From contig CDRNVI010000026.1 of NCBI GenBank assembly GCA_977017575.1, positions 310,001-374,000 of the forward strand: DNA of 64,000 nt. The letters are read 5' to 3'. This document shows positions 1 through 11,029 of the stretch, in pieces. The notes below the pieces were generated by a model that had not been told where the DNA came from, made no database searches, and saw nothing but the letters and a program-made list of their open reading frames with translations. This DNA is from Paramoeba atlantica (Eukaryota; Protista; Discosea). Made by a program: the position numbers and the translations under genes. How positions within the stretch are numbered: position 1 is the stretch's first letter; every line of letters begins with the position of its first letter.

Positions 1-1320
1 TTGAGCCGATTTCGGACGCTTCTGACTCAAATATGCCCTCAACAGAAATTTTCAGAGTCGACCAAAGGGACGACGCTGTCTTCCCGATCTCACATTCTGA
101 TACAGGACATGTTTGAAAAGATCGCCCTATCTCGCACGTCAAATCAAAACTCCAGATTTAATTGGGAAGGCTCGGGAGACGTTGACATCTTACCTCTAGA
201 ACTTGATCTAGTGGAAGATGACCAACAGGTTACGCACCAGTGCTCCCTGAACGACGAATCCCATGATGTGGAAGATAGTGTCAACTTTTTCGCGGCCATT
301 CCTGCAGAAACGTTTCTAAAAAGGAAGACCGAACATGATGAACGCTTACAGGTTTTGGGTCTCGACAACTTGACAGGTGATATACCCGATATCGGTGAGG
401 AGTCTCCCTTTGATCTACATAACGATGAGGAGCATCCACCCAATCCCTCATCCACTGAGCCGGAGGAAGAAACGAAACCTCATACTTCAGATGTCGAACC
501 ATCCACCCCCATTTCGCATGATGCTCTCCCGAACAACCCTATCCCCGCTGAAATAACAAAAACAACAACAACCTCTCCACCCCCACCTACGGACCCTGTC
601 CCCCCCTCCACGACGCCTCCCCCCCCTCCCCTCCTCTACGACGACCTCGAGCTCCGTCGTCGTTTCGCGCTCCTTCTCCAAGGCAGCGCGAGCCCCGAGG
701 AGGCGGCGCACAAACTCCTTCGGGGCTTCGACCCGGGAACAGAGCCCACGCTCGCACAGCTCCTGCTGGAGAGTCTGTTCCACCAGCCCACCTATTCCCC
801 GTTTTACGGGACCCTGGCCTCCCGTCTGGTCGCCACGGGGTACGCCTTTCGGGGCTGCTTCGAACGGCTGTTCGAACGGCACTACTCCGAGGCCGAGGAG
901 CTGTCCTCGAAGACCACACGACAGCTCGCGAGGCTCATGTCGCATTTGCTCGCGAGTGAGAGCCTTCCCTGGGGCGTGCTCCAGGTGGTGCGGCTGAGTG
1001 AAAAGGAGTGTACCGCGGATCAACGGGTGTTGTTAAAATACCTGCTGGAGGATCTCGCGCGTACGCTCGGGGTGGGGGTGTTGAAGGAACGGCTGCTGTA
1101 CGACAGCGCGCTGCAGCCGTTGTTGAGAGGGATGTTCCCGGTGGATGAGATCGCGGAGGTGCGGTACGCGATGCTGTTTTTTGCCTCATTGGGGTTGTCC
1201 CCGCTGAATGAGAGGCTCAGCCAGACGTATCGGATCTTGCAGCGGGAGGAGAGCCGGGGGGAGGAGGGGATGTTGCCGACTCCTCTGGATCCGAACGAAG
1301 AAATGGAGGGGAGAAAGTAG
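1..1320 (+). CDS. CWC22: Pre-mRNA splicing factor CWC22, C-terminal MA3 region; 5' end lies upstream of the window
   Basis: LRRRFALLLQGSASPEEAAHKLL...TYSPFYGTLASRL...SLPWGVLQVVRLSEKECTADQRVLLKYLLEDL parallels the CWC22 MA3 domain. ORF is open at base 1. Confidence 0.85.
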   Translation: MSRFRTLLTQICPQQKFSESTKGTTLSSRSHILIQDMFEKIALSRTSNQNSRFNWEGSGDVDILPLELDLVEDDQQVTHQCSLNDESHDVEDSVNFFAAIPAETFLKRKTEHDERLQVLGLDNLTGDIPDIGEESPFDLHNDEEHPPNPSSTEPEEETKPHTSDVEPSTPISHDALPNNPIPAEITKTTTTSPPPPTDPVPPSTTPPPPPLLYDDLELRRRFALLLQGSASPEEAAHKLLRGFDPGTEPTLAQLLLESLFHQPTYSPFYGTLASRLVATGYAFRGCFERLFERHYSEAEELSSKTTRQLARLMSHLLASESLPWGVLQVVRLSEKECTADQRVLLKYLLEDLARTLGVGVLKERLLYDSALQPLLRGMFPVDEIAEVRYAMLFFASLGLSPLNERLSQTYRILQREESRGEEGMLPTPLDPNEEMEGRK

Positions 1321-1352
1321 GGCCATAGGGAATAAAGGAGAGGGAATAAGTA

Positions 1353-1416
1353 CTGTTGCTCCTACTTAAGAATCCAAAAGTCCAAAATCCATGGACTCTT
1401 AAGTAGAGGGGATAAT
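1353..1416. mobile_element. Tiny palindromic MITE relic with a TA|CTGT terminus
   Basis: TA|CTGT start; CTACTTAAGA (1362-1371) pairs with TCTTAAGTAG (1397-1406). The motif resembles termini at 11801 and 39684. Confidence 0.4.
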
Positions 1417-2138
1417 ACGAGACAAACGATTAAGAAATAAGACACCAGTTTTTTTCTTTTTTTCTTTACAAACAGGCATAAAATGTAGTTGCAAAATGAA
1501 GGAAAAAGCTAAATGTTTTAGTATTTGGCTTAAAAAAACATACACCTTAAAAATGCACTTTTCTGAGCAGATTCGATTAAGAATCTCGTGCGAGTAGACA
1601 AAGGGCAGGCATGTTTCCTTAGTACACGGCTTGGATGCTGCTCATCTAGAAGAAGATAACCACGACTATCGTTGAGTTGCAGTAGTACTACAGCACTAAG
1701 TAATGTTCGTTAAAGGACTTTGAGGGTCATGGACACACCCCACAGGCTTCGCTTTCCTCGCAGAAGCTTATCTAAGGATCGCGCCACACGATCCACATTT
1801 TTTAGCTCTTTTTCAGTGATTGTCGAACAGGGTCTAGTATCCGCTGTTTCCGTGTCTCTTTCTCAGAACGGTACGAACGTCGTGTGTTTGTTGCTACATT
1901 GAGTATTTGGAATTGAGCTACATTGAGTATTTGCAGAAACTCTTCAAGCACTTCTTGCGAACTCATAATATGTCATGTCCCCTAGATATCCTCTGTAGAT
2001 GAATATCTTTCAATTTACGAAGAAACGATAGCTTAATTTAACTTTGTCGCCACATTCGAAAACTACCATGCTCGACAGAGCCGTATAGACCCCTCTACCA
2101 TGCGCGAGATCACACGAGATCATACCCGCTGCCCCTTA

Positions 2139-2370
2139 CAAATACCCTCCAGCACGAAAAAACTAAAAACCCCTACCCCAGCCAAGGCAGCAACAACTAC
2201 TACAAAAACTACCCCCAAAAACAGCCCCCTACCCCCCCTATCCCCCACAACTCTGTCCCCTGACGACCCCTGCAGGCGTCTTCTCGCCCTCTCCCCCGCC
2301 TTAACTTCTCTTCATTCCTATCTGCTCCAGCAGCAGTCCCATGCCCCTCCCACGCTCTGGAGCGGTGGTT
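2139..2370 (+). pseudogene. Degenerate copy of the RSL1D1 5' coding region
   Basis: PSSTKKLKTPTPAKAATTT...LSPDDPCRRLLALSPALTSLHSYLLQQQSHAPPTL parallels the N-terminus of the 2865 gene. Confidence 0.8.
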
Positions 2371-2625
2371 GTTGGTAAACGGGACTTCGCAAATTGTGCA
2401 GGCTCTCGCCATACCCCACCTCTCTGGCTTCGCAAATGGCTTCCCACTAATGACATCGCGTATGGCTGAAAATGTAACCAACGGAAGTCGAGCGTGTGAT
2501 CACCAGATTACGAACGGCATGTCTTACCAACTGGACTACCAGGGCTTCCCAAGACCTACGTTTTTAAGCACAGCGATGTACGCCCAAATCGAAGATAGGG
2601 GGCTTTGCCCAAAAATTGAACGATC

Positions 2626-2955
2626 TTTTTCTAACTACACTTTTTTTCGTATATCACTTTTTTTTCGGTAATTTCATTTTCTCTCCCCATCCTCCCCATG
2701 CCCTCCCCCTCCCCTTCCCGCAAAAAAACACCCTCCACCACGAAAAAACAAAAAATATCTACCCCAGCCAAAGCAACGACATCTACAACGACAAAAAACA
2801 AAACGAATTTTCTAACTATAACACTTTTTTTTCGGTACGTTCATTTTCTCTCCCCACCCTCCCCATGCCCTCCCCCTCCCCTTCTCGCAAAAAAACACCC
2901 TCCAGCACGAAAAAACAAAAAATATCTACCCCAGCCAAAGCAACAACTACCCCTA
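2626..2955 (+). repeat. Tandem duplication of the RSL1D1 upstream pyrimidine tract and start region
   Basis: About 2626-2790 is repeated at about 2807-2955; both copies contain ATGCCCTCCCCCTCCCC (MPSPSPSRKK). Confidence 0.85.
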
Positions 2956-4130
2956 CCCCAACCCCCCTATCCCCCAAACCTCTGTCCCCTAACGACCCCT
3001 GTGTTCGTCTCCCCGCCCTCCCCCCCGCCCTATCTTCCCTCCATTCCCATCTGCTCCAGCGGCAGTCCCAGTCCCCCCCCACGCTCCTCGAGTCCCGCAC
3101 GAACCTTCGACTCGTGCTTACCTTTGCCGTGCCCCCGGGGGACCGGCCCGACCCGGTGTTCGTGGCGCTCCCCCATGGGCTGTACAAGGGGGAGGGGGAA
3201 GGCATGGAGGGGGTGGAGGTGGGGGTGATAACGAAAGGGGAGGAGCAACGGGAGAGGGTGCGGGCGATGGTGGAAGGGGGGAGGAAGAGGGGGAGAGGGG
3301 AACGAAAAGAAGATGAAGAAGAAGAAGAAGAGGAGGGGGAGGATGTGACGGGCAAGGGGGAGGGGGTGGAAAAGGGGGAGAGAAAGGGAAAAGAGAGGGA
3401 AAAGGGGGGAGGAAAGGGGGAGGAGATGGGAGCTTCGAAAGGAACGTTAAAAGAGATTGAAAATCGTCCCTCCACGTTTGCGGATGTAACGCTTCCTCTG
3501 TGCTCAATGGTACGTAAAGTTATTGATACGGAAAAACTACGCATCAAGTTTGGAACGTATGAAAAACGACGTGCGTTGCTTCGGTCGTTTCCTTTGCTGT
3601 TAGTTGAGAAAAATGTGGAGTACTGGAGGCTGCCGAGGTTGTTAGGAAAGGCAATGGTGCGAGCGCAGCGGTTTCCGATACCGATTGATGAAATCAAGGA
3701 TGTTAAATCTTTAGAGGATGGGATAATGAAAGCGCTCTCGACAGCTGTTGTCGTGTTACGAGGACAGAGCGTGTTGAATGTGCGTATTGGACATGTGGGG
3801 CTGCGACCCGCACAGTTGGAAGAAAATGTGATAGCGGTAATGCGCCAAGTGTTAACGCAATGTGAGAATTCCTGGAGAGATATCGAAAGTGTAGTCGTGG
3901 AAGGAGAGGGCGATGGTCCACGTATGTTGGTGTATGCGCATAATTATGAAGAGGAGCTGGAGGGGTTGGAGGAGAGGGTGAAGAAGGCGAGCAAGGTAAC
4001 CGTGGGGGGTGGGACAAATCCGTTGGATGGGAAGTTAAAGGAAATGGAAGCGAAAGCAAAGCCGTTTTTGACGCGGCCGGTGCGGTTTAAAAGGAAGCCG
4101 GGTCAGGGGGCTCAGGTTGCGCAGGGGTAA
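2865..4130 (+). CDS. RSL1D1: Ribosomal L1 domain-containing protein (RSL1D1/Cic1-like); ORF is open from 2616, likely start 2865
   Basis: KVIDTEKLRIKFGTYEKRRALLRSF...LPRLLGKAMVRAQRFPIPI...VRIGHVGLRPAQLEENVIAV...WRDIESVVV fits a Ribosomal_L1 fold. Confidence 0.8.
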   Translation: MPSPSPSRKKTPSSTKKQKISTPAKATTTPTPTPLSPKPLSPNDPCVRLPALPPALSSLHSHLLQRQSQSPPTLLESRTNLRLVLTFAVPPGDRPDPVFVALPHGLYKGEGEGMEGVEVGVITKGEEQRERVRAMVEGGRKRGRGERKEDEEEEEEEGEDVTGKGEGVEKGERKGKEREKGGGKGEEMGASKGTLKEIENRPSTFADVTLPLCSMVRKVIDTEKLRIKFGTYEKRRALLRSFPLLLVEKNVEYWRLPRLLGKAMVRAQRFPIPIDEIKDVKSLEDGIMKALSTAVVVLRGQSVLNVRIGHVGLRPAQLEENVIAVMRQVLTQCENSWRDIESVVVEGEGDGPRMLVYAHNYEEELEGLEERVKKASKVTVGGGTNPLDGKLKEMEAKAKPFLTRPVRFKRKPGQGAQVAQG

Positions 4131-4308
4131 AATGGGCGAAGTTTTTTTGTTCACACTTCACATAGCGTTTTGTTCCTATTTCGTAGCGGGGAGATCCGGG
4201 GCTTAATACGATGGTTTAAACTTCAAACTTTGAACAGAGCAGAAAAATAGCACAGTACCAAAATATTAAAATTTATGCTTGAATTCAGTAATCTAACCGG
4301 TCAGTTCA

Positions 4309-5112
4309 ATGGACTTCATTTTGTATTGGATAAAACAGTGCTTTGCTTATTTTTATCCCAAAATGTTTCGTATTGACGTACTTAGCATTATTCTTACACC
4401 TTGTGACAAAACTTCATTCGCTTTAGTCATCATGTTTGCGTCTGTAGCAGCACAAGATACGACGAGATCCAGAAAGGTGCACCAAAGTTGTTTGTCACAG
4501 GAGATACGCTTCTCCATTTTCATAGGAAACATTAGCAATCCTGATCGTACCTGGGAATCAACGCAAAGTCTAAGCTTCTGGCACGGTGTTTCGTGTAATC
4601 AGCGTGGGGAGCCGCGAAGCATTCGTTGGAATGGCCTTGAGCTGCGCGCAGAACGACTAATTTGGTCAAGCCTTCCGATTTCTATGGATACCATTGTGCT
4701 TTCATCAAACACCTTGCGGGGGGTCGTTCAGTGGGATGAAATTCCTCGTGAGCTCTCCTTACTTGACCTCTCCCGCAATGCGTTTTCTGGAACGCTGTCG
4801 ACATCAGACCTCCCACCGAAGTTGCTGTCTCTCTCACTGCACTCAAATGAGTTCACCGGTCCACTCCAGCTACGCACTTTACCCTCTAGGTTGGGTTATG
4901 GCTATTTCGGCAGCAATCAGTTTTCGGGATCTCTTGAGTTGTCTGACCTCCCTGAAAGAATGTGTGTCCTGAGTTTGTCGCGAAATATGTTTTCGGGCAT
5001 TGTTCATCTGGATAGCCTTCCACGGGGCCTCAAAATACTAAACTTAAAAGGTAACGACTTGCAGGAAATTTACCCAGAAAAATTGCCTTCATGTGTTTTG
5101 TATGGCGAATAG
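4309..5112 (+). CDS. LRR family protein (capped, plant-receptor-like LRR)
   Basis: Cap motif WHGVSC followed by repeats such as LDLSRNAFSGTLSTSDLPPKLLSLSLHSNEFTG. Confidence 0.85.
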   Translation: MDFILYWIKQCFAYFYPKMFRIDVLSIILTPCDKTSFALVIMFASVAAQDTTRSRKVHQSCLSQEIRFSIFIGNISNPDRTWESTQSLSFWHGVSCNQRGEPRSIRWNGLELRAERLIWSSLPISMDTIVLSSNTLRGVVQWDEIPRELSLLDLSRNAFSGTLSTSDLPPKLLSLSLHSNEFTGPLQLRTLPSRLGYGYFGSNQFSGSLELSDLPERMCVLSLSRNMFSGIVHLDSLPRGLKILNLKGNDLQEIYPEKLPSCVLYGE

Positions 5113-7101
5113 GTCACACGCAGTATCAAACTTTTCATAGCAGTGTGACTATTTAAAAGTTAAGGGGGGTGCCTTATTGGTGTCTAGGAGTTTATAATTT
5201 TCCGATACCAGGAAGAGAAGATACATCAAAATTCACAATGGTAATCGACGATAGAGAGGTAGTTTCAAGAGAAAGATTGCGTTTGAACTTAATTTGCGTA
5301 CACCTGAACACACGTGAAGCCCCGGAAAAAGTTTGGCTAGCATCATACACTGTACATAAGCAATATTAAAGGAAGTACTGGATAACCATATAAAACGAAA
5401 GACAGAGCGTATATTATTTACTACAGCTATTCTAGGAAGGTGTTTGCTTCACATGCCATGCGGATGTCTTGCAGGATACAGCAAATGCGCAAGCTCCATT
5501 TACGCCAAGACACCCATTCGCGAGTTCCGCGTGAAATTTCATGCGCGTTTCTCAGTTTGTTTCGTTTGAGCCGAGGAGAGCCTCTCGACGACGCTGCGTA
5601 GCCGACAGGCTTCTTGCAGCCTCTCAATGACGCATCCCGCAGTGGAAGTCCAGTGCCCCCTTTACCCCCGAGGCGCTGCAGGGTCTTCTTTGATGACCAC
5701 GCGGCGTGCTCATAGGCCGAATCCCTGTGTACGACCGGCGTTGAGTGCGCTGTAATGGCCGATGATAACGGTCGTCGTACGACAGGAAAGTGCTCTGCTG
5801 TCTCGCCCGGTATGAAAATGAAACGAAAAGTTCGTGAACCTGGTGTCGTGAACTGTAGCAATCAGATCCCGCGATTTTTTCACATATTATGAGCCGCTTT
5901 TCGCACTTCCCGAATCTTAGCTTCACGAATGAGGTTTCACAGCAAAATACCACAGGTCGTCCCATATAGGATTTCTAAGACTTGCTGCGCTGCGAGCTGG
6001 CAGTGAGAGGGCTATAACGGCTCTAAGACTCAGACAGAGAAAACTGATCGGCAATTTTGTCCCCCTGTACACTGGCATACCTATTTGTCCTCACATTCAG
6101 TGCATTCTTGTGCTCGAGTTCCGTAATGTGATTTCCTTCCGCAATAGACTCGTTGTGCAACAAGTTTGTGGCATTTCCACCATTTTGGGATTCCGGTGTT
6201 CTCTGCTAATATGATCATAGAGAAACTTAGATCTGAGGCATACACAAAGTCATCACAGACTTCGGACCTTAGGCCAGTATCTGGTTTCGGCATCAAAATT
6301 AATACGCAGAATGGAAGCCAAAATCTCAAATCGAAGCAAAAAAGTGTGGGTAAAAAAAACGCTAGTGGAAGTTTTTTTTGCACCGCTTTGAATCTACATG
6401 CTAAGCAGATGCCTCGGCGTACTATATCTTCATCACGGACGTAATAACCTCTGTTATCCGACAGTTCGGCAATTTCTATTCTCATTGCATCACCATCATA
6501 TTCTGAATACGACCTTGGGAACTTTCCACTCAAGCATGGTACGCTTCTGGTTCGCGTTATTAATTTGCCTCTTACGTATTACTCATGCCCCTGCTGGGTA
6601 AATGGGTAATTGCCCACATGGTGGTAAACGCGGGTCATTGACCCATTTACCGTCACCCCCCTCACTTGTCCTCCTAGGTGACATATCCTCTGTTTACAAT
6701 CAATGAGAGGATATGTTACCTAGTACCAAGATGCGAAAGCGGGGACAAGTCAGGGGCAATGACGATACAAAGATCACTATTTAAGATTGATTAGTTTCAT
6801 TCATTTCATTACCATTTCATTTAGCATACCTGTGACCTCGTACCACACCGGTGGGGACCTCGTACCATACCCGGTATGGTATCGTGACTCGGGGTCGATA
6901 GCATACCCCCCTGGTTTTTCAGACAGAGAAGGTGTGATGTCCCACGTAGATCATAACTCTATAGAGCAGTATTCGTTTGTTTTCTTTATTATTTAGCTCG
7001 TTTTTTTACTTCTATGATTTTTACTTGTGATATTATTAACCCCTACTGGTAATCCCTTTTTCTGGTAATCACTTTTTTAACATTTTCTACAAACAACTTA
7101 A

Positions 7102-8435
7102 CCCGGGGGACGGAATAATATTAAGATGCGGTTTATTATTAAATTGCGATTTGCTGTTAAGTTAGACAAGTTATTGCGGTGGTTGTATAACTACCGCTCT
7201 ACCCTCGAATATTGAAAAAAAGTGAACAAAAACAGTGAAAATATAAAGAGGAACACAGTAATATAATAGAAGAAAAAAATATAGAAGGGGGCTCCAGTGG
7301 TCCAAAATTGAAAAAACTGGGGGGTCCAGGAGGGGGCATACGTCGCAAATTATTTTCTAGATTTTTTTGCTTTTCAAAATCGAGCGCAGGGAAGCGGTAG
7401 AGTAGGCCGCGGCGATAATTTTCCACCCCCTCCCCTGGGGGTACCCCCCCCTGGTACGCGCAGGAGGGGTCCGACAAAGTCAAAAATTCCGAAATTTTTG
7501 GGGTGACCAAAACAAATTATTTTGACCCCTAAAAAAGTAAAAGCATTATTTCTCCAAAATCGACTCCTAAAACGTATTTTAAGTGTTTCGCACCTCGGTT
7601 ACCATTCTACGACGTTTTTTTCGACTGATTCGCCTCCTGCCCCTACTGGTAAGGCATCAAAAACAGTCCAAATTCGGGTTGAAATTTCGCAATTTTCGCT
7701 GAAAAATCCAGCTTTTTCACCCAAAAAAATAGATTATTCATCTAATCCCCATCTATCTTTTGCCGATTTTTCTTTTTTAGTTTCTTCGTTAAACGCGGTG
7801 GTTGTTTTCAACTTAGAAGTCACTCATGCTGCGCGCTTCGCGTTGAAAACTACCACCGCGTTTAACGAAGAGCCTAAAAAAGAAAAATCGCGAAATTCTT
7901 AAGCTAGACAGGTTATTATTAAGCTGGACAAGTTATTATTAAGTTTGTGTTTTTCCATGGAGCAATGAGTTGTTCTGGCCCACAATTTGTAGTTTTATTG
8001 AATGTATAGGGCAGATTTTGGCCAAGATACGTTGGAAAAACATTGCCTACGTAGTGCTATGGAGCAAAACGTTTAACCGTTCGTGCGTAAGTAATTTTGC
8101 TAATGTTATGCTAGAAACGGTAAGGCGAAAGAAGCGACATTCCAGCGTGGCTTCTAGTCGGTTTCTAATCGTTCGGATCCCCAGTGATAGCCAGAGGCTC
8201 TCATCGATTGCCAGTTATACTGCAAGCTACTGCTAACAACCTCCAGCGACTGCCTACACACTCTCCAATGATAAACGTCACTTTAAAATGTCATGAAAAA
8301 CTTAATAGTAACCCGCCGACAAGTTAATATTAAGTTTCAAAACGTTGACAAATTATTATTAAATTCGACGGGTTATTATTAAGTTGTCAAGTTATTATTA
8401 AGTTTTAACAACTTAATATTATTCCGTTCCCCGGT
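7102..8435. mobile_element. piggyBac-like MITE
   Basis: TTAA|CCCGGGGGACGGAATAATATTAAG...CTTAATATTATTCCGTTCCCCGGT|TTAC, with repeated subterminal GACAAGTTATTATTAAG motifs. Confidence 0.65.
7172..7897 (+). repeat. Dispersed repeat 'H', copy 1: 5' mini-palindrome and ~137-bp terminal hairpin
   Basis: Colinear with 44015-44447. Starts GCGGTGGTTGTATAACTACCGC; hairpin spans 7759-7895. Confidence 0.8.
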
Positions 8436-8699
8436 TTACCTTACCTGTGAACTGATACCATACCTGTGACCTTGTACCATACCGGAAGTATGCTAAACCG
8501 ACCCCCTTTTAACTCATTCTTTAGTATAGCAGGCCGAGAGTAACTAATAGAAAAAAGATTCACACTCGAAGTCGGTACTAGGTGACTTGTCCTCCTAGGT
8601 GACATATCCGCATTTGGCCGTTTTTTACCACTTTTGCGAGGATATGTGAGGCGGGGGGTGACGGTACCCGCTTTCACTCTGATTTACCAACCAACCATA

Positions 8700-9420
8700 C
8701 GATCCCAACATCGGGAGCAAGGGAGGCCTGGCGTGAGCTATACACACATATGCAAGCACGTAAAGCCAAGAGTCGCACCTGTTGACCAGGGGCAGCGGCC
8801 AAATGTAGTGTACGACAGCCTCGTAAATCGCTGCGAACATTTCACACGCAGGACCACACTTGTTGCTGAACTTAGACGGGTCCCAACTGAAATCAAGGCA
8901 TGCCAAGTATTTTTCCCACTCATCGGATGAAATACGGAAGATCGGCTTTTCCTGACACCAGCGCGTCACACCTCCGAGTTTCGGAGTTTCGACGCCCTCA
9001 TTTTCACGCGCTACTTGCAAGGTCAGTGTATGACCTATGGAGGACAGGAGTATTATCGAAGAGACACGAGAAGATACACCCCTGTCCAGTTTCATTTACC
9101 CCCCCCCCTACAGGTCTTGTATTTTGTTCGATTTTCGAAATATTTGGTATGCCTTGCTGAAGTGCCGCAGTGTCACTCTCTCCAATCGGGGAAATTTGGT
9201 CGTATATGCGTTTGAGAGCTTCGCAATTGTTGCGTGCCACGTGATTCACAGAACCTCCGTCCGCGATCATTAATTTTAGCTTTAAAGGGCGCTGCTCACC
9301 AAGATTCGCCTGAAGAGTAAGTTGTTCGGCAACTGTTTTTGCATCAAAAGCACGATGACTAGGAGAGCAAATTGGAGGTAAGACGTATTCTTCAGGGCCT
9401 ACATACAGTGTAAAAAGATT
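8700..9420 (-). pseudogene. hAT-like transposase remnant
   Basis: HRAFDAKTVAEQL...LMIADGGSVNHVA (second catalytic D region), TPKLGGVTRW and ISSDEWEKYLACL parallel hAT TRWNS/EW motifs; frameshifted. Confidence 0.55.
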
Positions 9421-11029
9421 TATAAGACGGTAATATTATTTACGAATAATTACTCCCTGCAAGATACCCGTTTGCCGCCATTGAAACGTGGCGGCCGAAA
9501 TGATTTGGGCATTGCCACGTTGTATGGCGATGCCAATGGCCATTATAGCATGGCGGAGAAAACCGTGCCTGTCCGACGTGTACCCTCCGCACTTCCGTAG
9601 AAATGCGAGAGTCTCATTTCCGAGAACACCGAATGCAGAAAAGGCTAAGGGAAAAAGTTTCATTCCACGTGTTGCTGCAAGACTGCCGTAGGTCTTGTGC
9701 TTCGTGGCCTCTGCCCGGACAAGGGTATTTCCGGGCGCTTTACTCTCCATCTCTACATAAGAAGGATCTAATGGGTTGGCTATTGTGACATCCACCATAA
9801 CAAGTTGATGTCCCATTTGGAATAATAAATCTGGGCCTTTTCCTTCGTCGTAGCGGGGCTCCATAATGTCGGGGTGAAAACCATACTGTCTCAAAATATT
9901 TGAGAAGCATGATTTTACTAGGGCGTGTCCCGATTTGAAGACTGTACTCTTCCACCAAAATGAGAATCGGAGGAGTAGACCGCGTGGAAGGTATCAGAAT
10001 AAAGCTGTTCCGCGTTTTCGCCAAAGAGTATGGATCCGATGAGGTCACCCGTAAAAGTTTTGTTGTTCTCAAGCGCTCCGCACCCACCTAGTAGCTCTTC
10101 CGCGAAAATCATTATTACAGCGTCTATCTGCCTGTTCGCCTCTAACGTTGATTCCAATTCATGACTCTGTACTATGTGATTCCATCTTACTGCTCCACAG
10201 TATCGGAAGAGAGTCAAAGCTGCCTGCTTGGGTAAATGGTGCAATCTATCGAGGAAACTTCTAAATTTGGGGGCTTGAGTTAGCACCCATTGAGCTTCTT
10301 GATCCGGGTCATTGGATACAAATGCTCTCAATATTTTCTGCCCTTCGGGGACGTGTTTCAGTTCACATTCTTGAAAGGTTTGAAGTTGCTTCTCGTCGTG
10401 CGTGCTCAGTCGACATTTAGATTGGTTAATGGTTAATCCAAGCATTTCTAGGGATGTGCGAAGGCTGTCAAAAGCATTTGGAACGGCGCCGGGAGGGCCT
10501 ACGAGAGTAATGTCGTCTAAATATGCCCACACGTGTACAGAGTTTTTGAATTCCGCGGCCAAGTCGCTGAGAATGCCTTGGATCCCCAGCGCGAAGTAAA
10601 GGGGACCCAAAGGATCTCCCTGACGTACGCCTCGGCTGCTAGAGATGGGTTCGAGTCCACGAAGAAGAAGTCTAGAAGGAAGACTGTATGCGAAGAGAAA
10701 GATCCCAATCAGAGGTTGTAATTTTGGGCATTGACGTATGGCTCTAGCAATAAAAGCCCGTTCAATCGTATTGAAGGCATTTTTAAGGTCAACTGTTAGT
10801 AGAGTATTGTTCACATTGTTTCTGAAAGCACGACGTGAACGAAAAATGATGTGATGCGTTTCATGTGGTGTACCCACACCAAATTGAATATCTTTGAATT
10901 TTTTCTCGGTGAAGCTTACAACTTGAGACCGTGCATGGGAGCTCGCTAGTTTTAAGAATAGCTCTCCCAAAGCAATCGGGCGGCATGCGGGGGTGTCACT
11001 TGGGATGTCATCTTTCCTGAAGAGACATA

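Larger units (their letters stand above)
6650..8664. mobile_element. Non-autonomous TA-targeting TIR element (CCGTCACCCCCC termini) inserted in the hAT left end
   Basis: TA|CCGTCACCCCCCTCAC...GTGAGGCGGGGGGTGACGG|TA. Excision restores ACCCATTTACCCGCT, matching the hAT right-end motif. Confidence 0.75.
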
